Origin: a virus
Taxonomy: Duplodnaviria > Caudoviricetes
Reading direction: 5' to 3' (one strand)
Virus record (IMG/VR): IMGVR_UViG_3300006736_000053
Coordinates: 1 to 30,283 of that record
DNA: 30,283 bases
A model generated the notes under the pieces. That model was not told the origin of the DNA. It ran no database searches and saw nothing but the letters and a program-made list of their open reading frames with translations. The position numbers and the translations under genes were made by a program. Shown in pieces: positions 12,001 to 19,162 of the stretch (its first letter is position 1; each line of letters begins with the position of its first letter).

Positions 12001-14657
12001 TAACCCGAACACCAACTGTTCATTACGATACGTATCGTGAACACCTAGATAGTTTGGTGGTCGATCAATCTTTGATTCCGGAATATATTATGTCCAAACA
12101 CGTTGATGATATGATCGCATCTAATAATAACAAATATGTGGACGGGTTTTTGACACTATCAGGTGCAGCGGACTTAGATGCCAGTGACCAAACCGGGTTT
12201 TATAATACGTATTCCAATTCAGATTTTATGAAACACATTGCTGAGATTGTTGATGATCACAAAGATTCAATTATTAAACCAACCCAATTAACATTACGTT
12301 GTAAGGCAACCAAAAAATTTATACCATATCACGGGTTTTACCCAGTGCAACGTACATTAGACTTAGCGAAACTTTTTCATGATGACTATCTTTCCACGCG
12401 TGTTGATGTAATTAACTGGGACGGTTTCGAAAAGAGAACACTTAGTAAACCATTTTTTACACCCGGGATATTGTACAATTCTATTAAAGCCGGAATGGCG
12501 GTAGATTGGCCGGTCTTTACTTCAGATCCTACCGATAGTTTTAAGGAAATGCCTACTGATTCCGGTAATTATCATCTTTGGGGGATAACATCGTCCACCG
12601 AAGCTTCGTGGGGAGACAATCGTTATAACGACCGACTTCCATTCGAAAGTCTTTTGACACCAGAAAATTATATCCCGAATCTGCTTTATGATGATGAGCC
12701 AGATCCCAACGCGCAAGGGGCATATTTTACTTCGGTTAATTGGGAACAAAGAGGTAACGTTAGTAGTAAAAAATATAAGTTAGCTATTAATAACTTCTTG
12801 GCTGAAACAATGAATATGTTTTTAGCCAAAGGTCGTCCGACCGTATTGGTGTCAAAAGCAGAAAATGATACAAATTTTGGTATTGTACAGCCTTCTACGA
12901 CTTACAAACTTAGAATATATTTAGCGAATACTCCATCGCGTGCTTTGTCGGCTTGGCCAAACCGATTTACAACTTATAAGCAAGCTGGCGCTTTTGGTAT
13001 TCCACTTCAATACGGTGCAACTGATGCGGCTTTGGGTTTGGGATATCATGGTCACACACCGGTTACATATAATATGATAGACCCGTCACAAGGCGGCAAT
13101 AAGTTTGGTGATTCGATATATCCTTCTTATGGCTATGTCGATATTGAATTTACTAGCGATTCTAGTACTAGTAAATATACTTTAGATCAAATACTGAATG
13201 GTTCGACCAAAACATACCGCCGCGCCCCGACCGACACTTCCGATTATGGTATATCAACCGGTGATAAATCTGTTATGCAAATCACCGGCTCTTTGGTGAT
13301 AGATAAAACATTAAATATTTCCACAAATGAATACAATGCGCTCACCGGGTTACCCGAGGTGACGAAAAATTCTACCACAGCCGTTCGCGCGTGGGCAATC
13401 CATCCGCGTTTCGAAACCCCAATGCTGAATTTTGCCAGTATTACCAACGTTAACCCACCAGATACTGTCCCGAATTTTGGTTCGGCATATGCTGGTATGT
13501 GGCACCAACAAGGTGTTTATGAAGCCGATGCTGACGAAAATGCTGGTATATTTATTACTATAGCTGATGTAACCGGTTCTGAATCGTTAGCCGACGTTGT
13601 AGGTTTCCAGAAAAATACAGCAGTCCGTTTGGGCCGAGTACCACAAGACGGCCAACGTTGTTTAGCTGAAGCTATTGTGGCTGTACCGTTTGTTGAAGAA
13701 CATCGTACTAAGAGTTTTATCAACATCGACAGACGATATATTGATAACGCTGAAGTTATGATTGTTGGAAATCAATTACCGGAATCGTTTAAATTATTTA
13801 GACCAGAACCTTCAACGGTTGATATGGTTAAAAAAATGCAAAAGTATGTTATTCCCCCACATATGGACTTCTTAAAAGATAAAACTATATCTCCGTTTGT
13901 AATGTATATGTTTGAATTCGAACAAAAACTAACGCAAACAGATTTATTAAATATTTGGCAAAACAGTTCTCCAGAAATACACGACACTTTAGAATTTGTT
14001 GAAGCTTCTATTTCGCATTCGACTCTTAAAGGTCAATTCATTAAAAACAATAAAATTGCAGACAATGTGCGTTGGATGGTGTTCAAAGTTAAAAAACGCG
14101 CCGCCACAAATTACGAAGCAATCATTGATCCAAGTAAAGATCGATTTGCAACCACATTTGACATTGACGGTGACGGTAAGATCGATGATAATTTGGCTAC
14201 ATATAACTGGCCTCACGACTTTTATTCTTTGATAGAATATGCTAAAATAGAAGCAGAGGTTGAATTGCGCCCAACTAAAGAAAGCTTACAAGAGGATCCC
14301 GATACCGGCGAGGTTGTCGAAGTAACAACTCCAGAAACTGCTGCACCCACTACCAAACCTAGAGTTACGCCACGTCTTACTCCACCAACAAATAATTTTG
14401 TTGATACGACGTTGGTTAATACAGTGACTCCGGTTCCACTAGCTAGTGTTATAGAAACACTTCCAACTGCGCCAATTGGCGGGTTACTACCATCTGTGCA
14501 ACAAGAGTTTCAAAACGAACTTTCAAATTCGACAGTTGGTAATATCGCGGCAACGGTTACAACAAAAAAGAAATCTAAGAAAAAGAAATCAAATGTTCCG
14601 GGTGGAACAGTTAGCGTAAACCCGAATAAAGGAATCAAAGGAAATATTCTAAAGTAG
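6093..14657 (+). CDS. Giant (2854 aa) baseplate wedge protein with LamG/concanavalin-like domain(s) and a gp7/P2 gpI-like segment
   Basis: LamG signature TVEFWLK...DGEWHHYAIV...LYVDGE...SGSLDEFRFW (about 6555-7080). YKSKGTDKAFRNLLRCFG (about 7755-7810) resembles the wedge gp7/gpI motif. DIDGDGKIDD lies near the C-terminus. Confidence 0.7.
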   Translation: MSLKNLFSKKVLPASSIDDVGDEVESKRFVDAKEQSFEEYIPHVDYSNPANFSFYGSARQYYEDATEHILVTYPYDGSRTERLEWELSASALDLWILENKWPRTAGHIQFGAGVGWGDQTSISDGYGNPETKEYIYIKGGPNVDNIFDQSNSRESNLKLDGATGNTVEFWLKKDVTLEGGTTNREVIFDVYNTGSSEGNPDYGRFRVEVSGSVPFLISYESGSAGFVDAQLGSGIGGNMTDGEWHHYAIVAFNTGSTVETVLYVDGEYNDSFTSGSVVNYLSGAMVATIGALAAAPSGSATPGLGWGKMSGSLDEFRFWTAKRTAKEIGRYYRTQVGGGTNIDEANTALGVYYKFNEGISGNSTTDAVVLDYSGRVSNGAWTGYANGLRHTASAMIDSLAAENEFLDPILRSTNNEVVTLRANLYESGTAHDMQNPASLYGSVPSWITEDEFELDGKSLKKLVQIMASYFDTAQLQIRDMPHLKNADYSTSSAALSPFNDRNLMHHGFNTQELFADSTALERYLNRTETELFEAQLEDAKRRIYENIYNNLTHIYKSKGTDKAFRNLLRCFGINSDVVDLVIYPNNTEFRIEDTYTTHAHKTKFINFNDADRHDSTIYQQTSSAGDADQGNYLSASFDDATSFTVETHIIFPKKGSPADTNYLDYRQHTSSLFGMHTARVDEGDLEWATSDDATFQVHVTRDVLTHDPISGLGLTERDVRFVFTSSVNGIPTLTSDLFAEVYDNNRWAVSVSMRPQEWPFAAEANNNTNQPYIVEFYGVNVIQDTVQNSFFVTGSVPYASGSAFMTAHKRLYAGAHYQDFTGSLIDQTDVKLGQVAAWLDYIPTGTVLYHAYNPAHYGRRQPDQNAYVYENTGDIYIPRNDTIALLWDFNNITGSGESSDGLPTTSDATFVVDDMISGSVATGARYGWVGDIVSKQYPGKGDLFLPNDDVASTEYLHALRMSFPEELQNTSLIKILEQDDLAFTRDSLPINYFFSLEKSMQRVISREMMKMFATVKDFSNLIGEPVNKYRHSYKAMEKLRVRFFETVNNTPDMETFFTFYRWIDSAVSQMVTELVPASARFSDKIGNIIESHVLERSKYVHKFPTLELKTSDPEGGLVGINRHLYNWKEGHAPLSGEQNDNGYWWWQQARRNNETFEDTAIHQAHRKLYFSSSLDALERSWTTPYKYSADGETMYNLVGGVNYHRNKKPNLVIDEVRSGKTLTISSPAYTAERSDNNDEDSKRVAPNKKFAVPVKPDILVAQINPTGHDEYLQGKHLILAPFKIQPMLQADAGGYSEQVISGSLAQDREIGPYQIPNIVNLHNNVAGHNEVPMQSPFTREYNGGWTHRNQDHETRLTVVSGDPLDGRIEAWHLELVGGTGSFSQPHNRMAKTRWNGPSTHVNIRNIKTVQSAYPEMGNYSNQYEFFQTTGRKFQNRAFVKSEGFTYQAAESLFVSGIIDFTLPDRTGSTNQHIFVERFSAPGGAEVLSLGFLDFISGEYAVHNALPWRNLTVREALNSWHGDHANQFGYYSDYRTAEDFENASWSPTYNGFSASATAANYDGMASYHKVNRNSQHRLSLIDELSEDTQIVQKYDNWFIQHAIPASDIQYAWITASAETFLGFSTNNPVPSAYVTGSGIVFSSHSHVETNDGLLHVDYVGLNTLIHQSILTDNITLAGPSGSQTDLSEFNNPTIGTLEATPEDLLNGLISHRQGPYGWPSWKQIRPTHNALVRHLRKNNKLALVTGKQSKNTKGIVEQSVSLYDEPAVTFRNLVMTHEMKVADEQGRLNDFEIDHTYANMLQSFANTELVNGLNTHISPDQTVYEDLKQIYLDETIDETTPQLSKITYRDTIYPREINVGLENTRARTNYEVTWWSASVIDRQEIDLVNSFGETVTKSSIWPLDPRANYTTTSSHAFAGEDGAGSLLNIHTIYHGGTPGDMIPGPLYCRPFSGSFVATGANVLWNGAFWDLTRTPTVHYDTYREHLDSLVVDQSLIPEYIMSKHVDDMIASNNNKYVDGFLTLSGAADLDASDQTGFYNTYSNSDFMKHIAEIVDDHKDSIIKPTQLTLRCKATKKFIPYHGFYPVQRTLDLAKLFHDDYLSTRVDVINWDGFEKRTLSKPFFTPGILYNSIKAGMAVDWPVFTSDPTDSFKEMPTDSGNYHLWGITSSTEASWGDNRYNDRLPFESLLTPENYIPNLLYDDEPDPNAQGAYFTSVNWEQRGNVSSKKYKLAINNFLAETMNMFLAKGRPTVLVSKAENDTNFGIVQPSTTYKLRIYLANTPSRALSAWPNRFTTYKQAGAFGIPLQYGATDAALGLGYHGHTPVTYNMIDPSQGGNKFGDSIYPSYGYVDIEFTSDSSTSKYTLDQILNGSTKTYRRAPTDTSDYGISTGDKSVMQITGSLVIDKTLNISTNEYNALTGLPEVTKNSTTAVRAWAIHPRFETPMLNFASITNVNPPDTVPNFGSAYAGMWHQQGVYEADADENAGIFITIADVTGSESLADVVGFQKNTAVRLGRVPQDGQRCLAEAIVAVPFVEEHRTKSFINIDRRYIDNAEVMIVGNQLPESFKLFRPEPSTVDMVKKMQKYVIPPHMDFLKDKTISPFVMYMFEFEQKLTQTDLLNIWQNSSPEIHDTLEFVEASISHSTLKGQFIKNNKIADNVRWMVFKVKKRAATNYEAIIDPSKDRFATTFDIDGDGKIDDNLATYNWPHDFYSLIEYAKIEAEVELRPTKESLQEDPDTGEVVEVTTPETAAPTTKPRVTPRLTPPTNNFVDTTLVNTVTPVPLASVIETLPTAPIGGLLPSVQQEFQNELSNSTVGNIAATVTTKKKSKKKKSNVPGGTVSVNPNKGIKGNILK

Positions 14658-14665
14658 TAATTACT
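14656..14665 (+). promoter_or_regulatory. Variant late-promoter-like motif AGTAATTA within the 10-bp palindrome AGTAATTACT
   Basis: One mismatch to ACTAATTA. The octamer ends 6 nt before the ATG at 14670, and there is no SD. Confidence 0.35.
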
Positions 14666-14669
14666 TATA

Positions 14670-15812
14670 ATGAGTTTTTTTAATCCCAAAGAAGATGTAC
14701 TAGACATACAATTGACGCAGCATGGTAAACGCCTGTTAGCCAAGGGCAAACTTCGTCCAAAATATTATGCTTTCTATGATGATGACATTTTATATGATAA
14801 ACGTCACATCGATTCAACTGCTGTAGAAGAACAAAATGATGTTAAACAACGAATCCTAGATGAAACGCCTAGGCTAAAAACTCAGTATGAATTTTTAGGA
14901 ATTCAATCGAACTTTCAACGAAACACCCCAGAAAATCAAAGATTTGATAGGTTTGATTATGAAATAGAAGGAACAATTCACAAAATTTTAACACTGGACA
15001 ACCATTCTAGTGAATATACAGAACAGAACAATTATGGGCTGTATAGTCCTTTGGGTGTACGTTCTGTTAATAATAAAGACGAGAATCAAAAACAACCAAG
15101 ATATACGTTAGAGTTTTTAGAAGGTACACTTTCTGGTTCAACACAGTTTATGACGGCATCAAATAGACCGACAATTAAAACACCACAAATAGAAGCAGAT
15201 ATAACAGTGAATACGATGAAGGTGTATCCACATACAACTAAAAAATACTTTGATAATTTCTTTGGTGATATAAAAATTTGGCACCCGGGCATCGAATGGG
15301 ATGAATATATATTGGTATTAGTAGATTCAGCTTTCGAAAATGAAGATGAGTCTTATGTTTTTGTAGATCCACAATATTTAATTATTGATATTGGTGAGTC
15401 TCAAGTTGATATATCAAATGAATTTGAGATTGAAATATTTGAAATTGAACAAAGAAATGGTGATGAATTTTTGAAACAACTTAAATTTTTAACAACCCCG
15501 AGTCCTATAAAAGATGGTTTATTATTATCTTCTAAAGAATACGATGAATTATATTCTAGAGATTTAGAAGCTATGGGAGAAAAAAAGAACGACGCTGGGG
15601 TTGTTGATAACTATTTTAATGTTGTAGTCGATGATGAAATTGACAGCGAATATCTAAAGTTTTTGACTGGACAACTTACTGAACAAGAATATTATGGTAA
15701 TAATGGTTCATCCCGTTTCAATAATGATTCGTCGCGAGGAACAGTTAGAGCGGATACGAATGTATATAAAAACATTGATGGTAAGGCAGAATTTGACTTG
15801 GAGGACTGTTAA
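14670..15812 (+). CDS. Putative baseplate protein; N-terminus paralogous to 21788..22723
   Basis: 380 aa. LDIQLTQHGKRLLAKG...YYAFYDDDILY aligns with LDAVLTDTGRFRMAKG...KFALGDDEIDY. Confidence 0.55.
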   Translation: MSFFNPKEDVLDIQLTQHGKRLLAKGKLRPKYYAFYDDDILYDKRHIDSTAVEEQNDVKQRILDETPRLKTQYEFLGIQSNFQRNTPENQRFDRFDYEIEGTIHKILTLDNHSSEYTEQNNYGLYSPLGVRSVNNKDENQKQPRYTLEFLEGTLSGSTQFMTASNRPTIKTPQIEADITVNTMKVYPHTTKKYFDNFFGDIKIWHPGIEWDEYILVLVDSAFENEDESYVFVDPQYLIIDIGESQVDISNEFEIEIFEIEQRNGDEFLKQLKFLTTPSPIKDGLLLSSKEYDELYSRDLEAMGEKKNDAGVVDNYFNVVVDDEIDSEYLKFLTGQLTEQEYYGNNGSSRFNNDSSRGTVRADTNVYKNIDGKAEFDLEDC

Positions 15813-18800
15813 TGAGTCTCGTACAAGAATTAATTGGTGAAGTGGTCCCGCGCCCATATGTAAAAAAAATATCTTTAAGTACCCTTCAACCATTGGGTCG
15901 TTTTGCCCCACCAGAGCAAGAAGAAACACAAGTGGATGTACAGATTGTGTTTAAAGATATAGTTGAAGCCGGATTAGAACAATTCTGGCTAGACAATTCT
16001 GGCAAAAACAAGAGCGATTTTAATTGGTTAAACGCCGCCCTATTTGTATTTACAGATTCTGTTAAGAAAAACCAATTTGTTGGCAGTAATGCCTTCTTTT
16101 TTAAAAGCCCGATTTGGGAAAAAAGCTTTCTAAGTAGTTCGTATAAAACAGACGATATTCAAGCCCACAAACTCAAATTTGTTGGATTAACAGCCGTTAA
16201 CGCAAAACCAATAATCGAACAAACAGACGATCCAAGTACTGTAGCTACTGAATATGAAATTAACTTTGAGGTCAGTTTTAAACTAACCGGTCCTATTACT
16301 GATTTACATATTGCAGCAATTTCTGCATACAATATGCCAGAAGAATTAACGAACGCACTTGGAGTAACCCCAATAGAAAGACAAGAGCTTCTACGTGAGA
16401 GTGCCGAGTTTCTTTATGAAGATATATTTGTTGATGGCAAACTAGTGGCATTGGCCAATGTATTTCAATTAGAAACGGGTGAGGTTTGGACCGGTGGTGT
16501 TCATTACGATCGTGTGAAAGGACAATATTATACAGGTTCCAGTCCGAAATCAAACAAACAATTGTTAATTGCGACTCAAGTACAAAACAATACGATTGTT
16601 GATAATCGTCATATTGAACGTATATTAGACAGGGTTGTAGATTTTACTAATTTGGAAAATCAATTGTCCAAATTTACTATGAGTACTCACCAAGAACCAA
16701 AAAGAAAGCCAGCAATATTTTCAAAATTGTTTTTGACCGAGTTAGAAGACGAATCTTCTCGCATGTACTTTTCCATTAATTATTTTGAAGCACTTAAAAG
16801 TGCCAGCCAATGGCCGTGGCTTTTCGAAAACCCGGTAGCCAGAGCAGAGATATTAAAGCTTTCTAAGATTAGAAAATTAATGTTGGTGAAAAAAAGAGTC
16901 TCGGCGTATGACTATGACTTTAGTTTTGAAGATAATGGTGATGAACTAGTGCTGTTAGACGCGACCGACCAAAGAAATTTTCCAATGATTGACCCGTCGA
17001 ACCAGAATGGACTAAAAATCAGAGAAATAACTGATGACATATTTACATATGATCCCAACGCGTTCAAACTAAAAGAACGTTCATTTACAGCTATAGACCA
17101 AACTGCAGCAGATGACCTTCGTGGTATTTATCGATACTTTTTAACTCTAGATGTGGAAGACGGCGCACATCGATACCTGTTGGGCAAAAGAAACGCGTTG
17201 TTACATTCTATTGCAGAGTTTGAAGAATACGCGTGCCTCGCCGCACGGCCCGAAAACTTTAATTATCTAGCAGATAAATATAGAAGCGGGTCTTGGATTA
17301 AGGCTTTTAAGGAGATTGAAGAGAAAAAGATTTGGGATAAACTCAGTTCAGAAATCGTAACATTGGTTCAATTTCTTTCCGGAAAAACCGACATTATGTT
17401 GTTTGGTTTAGATCGATCTCAATTAATCAAAGCCTTGGCCAAAATAGCTCACCCTCGCTCTGGTAGTCCTACCGGCAATGACCGACTACTAGCAATTGCT
17501 AATTTAATTGCTACTAAAATCGAAAACCTATTAGGAAGTAACACAAAATCTAGAGTTGGAAATCTAGAAAAGGTGGGAAAGAAACAACAATTCCCCACAC
17601 GGACAACTCGTTATGTACACGGATTTAATGAGGTTTTGAATTTAGATGATGAACCTAATGTTGGGTATTCGTATTTTACAAACATCGATCTTAATGATGG
17701 GTTGCCGGTGATTAAAGAATCGGCTTATAGAAATCGAGTAAAACAAGAAACAACAAAGTATTTTTCTACTTTTAATCCATTGTTTAGACTTTCTAATTTT
17801 CCTGATTATTCTGAAGCTTTGGCTAATAATGCATATACGTATTTTACACCATTAGAATTAAAATTAACTAACTTTATTGTTGATACTAGTAGTTTTGTTA
17901 ATATGAAACAATATAGAGGTTTACTCGGTACTATAATTCTAGCTAAAAAGTTAGACTATGATTTAGATGGAATTTCCAAGTTTGATTTTAAGTTTAACTC
18001 AGCCGGATTACAAAGAATATCTAACAAAGCCCGCCGTCGAAGTGTTAGAAGCAAAGACACGCCATACGGAACACGCGGAAAAAATCAATCAGATGTAGAA
18101 AGATTAATGCAAAATCGCTCTATTGTGATCCGACCAAAAAACAGCGGGAACGCCAGCAGAGCAAATAACCCCAAAAGAACAACAAATCGTGCTGCGTCAC
18201 AATCTGACTTGGCTAGTGGTTTAGTTCCAGCGAGTGAAACATTTACTGCTACTGGGACGTTTACATCCGAGACAACACCAAAAACAGAAGATTTGGTTAC
18301 ACCTCATTCAGTTGGTGTAGAAACCACTCAAGCTGCCGAGAATATGTTTGATTCATTGTTTTTGGTTAATAAAACAAAACCAAACACCATTCCTAAATTT
18401 TTAGCTAATATCAACACTCAGAGTGAAGATTTCGTATATACTAGTGGATACGAGGGTGACCCTGCTCTTGCGGTCGCCGCTTTACCAAATCAGATTAAAT
18501 CTGTTATGGCTGGTTCTTCTGAGGTTCCCAATTCTAATTTGGTTAGTTGGTACAGTCCGGGTATACAACAAAAAGATATGTTATCTAATTATGTTGTGAA
18601 TTTGATGAATATTGTTAGATTAAAAATGTACAATGGATATGAGAGGGGAATTAATAATCCTGTGTGGAAAAATCTTACCAGTTCAGATGTTAACGCAGCC
18701 CGCACCGCCGGGAAAAGATATATTCTATGTAAGTTAGAGAAATACCAGAATTCTGATATCTTTCCAGAAACCACAGCGGGGTTTAGATTACCAATATTAG

Positions 18801-19162
18801 CTGATTACTTTTTGTTAGAAATTGATTTTGGCCTTGGTGCAATCGAAACACTTGTTGGCAGTGTCACAGAACCAACTACTTTAGAAGAAGCTGGTTTTGT
18901 CGAGACAACTACCGCGCAAGAATTAAATGAAGGTCTTCCAGACGCTGCAGGTATAGAATTTATTGGGGCCGCAGGCCTTGCTGCTGCCGCTGCTGCTGAA
19001 AATAATAAGGAAGATACATTTGTTGGTATCAAACCTATTGCTATTTCGCCTATATTTGCCGCTTTAGCAAAGAAAGAAAATAAAGACGAGACAGATCCTG
19101 ATGTGGTAGAAACATTATTTAAACACACCGCAACACCGACTTTCGGAGACATAGATGGCTAA
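15812..19162 (+). CDS. Hypothetical virion structural protein (1116 aa)
   Basis: Long ORF translationally coupled on both sides within the baseplate cluster, with a low-complexity Ala/Thr/Glu C-terminus. No confident domain. Confidence 0.55.
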   Translation: MSLVQELIGEVVPRPYVKKISLSTLQPLGRFAPPEQEETQVDVQIVFKDIVEAGLEQFWLDNSGKNKSDFNWLNAALFVFTDSVKKNQFVGSNAFFFKSPIWEKSFLSSSYKTDDIQAHKLKFVGLTAVNAKPIIEQTDDPSTVATEYEINFEVSFKLTGPITDLHIAAISAYNMPEELTNALGVTPIERQELLRESAEFLYEDIFVDGKLVALANVFQLETGEVWTGGVHYDRVKGQYYTGSSPKSNKQLLIATQVQNNTIVDNRHIERILDRVVDFTNLENQLSKFTMSTHQEPKRKPAIFSKLFLTELEDESSRMYFSINYFEALKSASQWPWLFENPVARAEILKLSKIRKLMLVKKRVSAYDYDFSFEDNGDELVLLDATDQRNFPMIDPSNQNGLKIREITDDIFTYDPNAFKLKERSFTAIDQTAADDLRGIYRYFLTLDVEDGAHRYLLGKRNALLHSIAEFEEYACLAARPENFNYLADKYRSGSWIKAFKEIEEKKIWDKLSSEIVTLVQFLSGKTDIMLFGLDRSQLIKALAKIAHPRSGSPTGNDRLLAIANLIATKIENLLGSNTKSRVGNLEKVGKKQQFPTRTTRYVHGFNEVLNLDDEPNVGYSYFTNIDLNDGLPVIKESAYRNRVKQETTKYFSTFNPLFRLSNFPDYSEALANNAYTYFTPLELKLTNFIVDTSSFVNMKQYRGLLGTIILAKKLDYDLDGISKFDFKFNSAGLQRISNKARRRSVRSKDTPYGTRGKNQSDVERLMQNRSIVIRPKNSGNASRANNPKRTTNRAASQSDLASGLVPASETFTATGTFTSETTPKTEDLVTPHSVGVETTQAAENMFDSLFLVNKTKPNTIPKFLANINTQSEDFVYTSGYEGDPALAVAALPNQIKSVMAGSSEVPNSNLVSWYSPGIQQKDMLSNYVVNLMNIVRLKMYNGYERGINNPVWKNLTSSDVNAARTAGKRYILCKLEKYQNSDIFPETTAGFRLPILADYFLLEIDFGLGAIETLVGSVTEPTTLEEAGFVETTTAQELNEGLPDAAGIEFIGAAGLAAAAAAENNKEDTFVGIKPIAISPIFAALAKKENKDETDPDVVETLFKHTATPTFGDIDG

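Noticed and set aside
14564-14578. In-frame A-AAA-AAG slippery heptamer near the end of the giant ORF
   Set aside because: The -1 frame stops at once (TAA 14576-14578), no stimulatory structure is visible, and the Lys tract explains the sequence.
14655-14660. Stop-codon recoding (all genes end in TAA except one TAG followed directly by TAA)
   Set aside because: Genes are full length under code 11 with no in-frame TAG/TGA; TAA bias is expected in AT-rich DNA.
18965-19000. GCT/GCC trinucleotide run
   Set aside because: Encodes a short poly-Ala stretch; ordinary low complexity.
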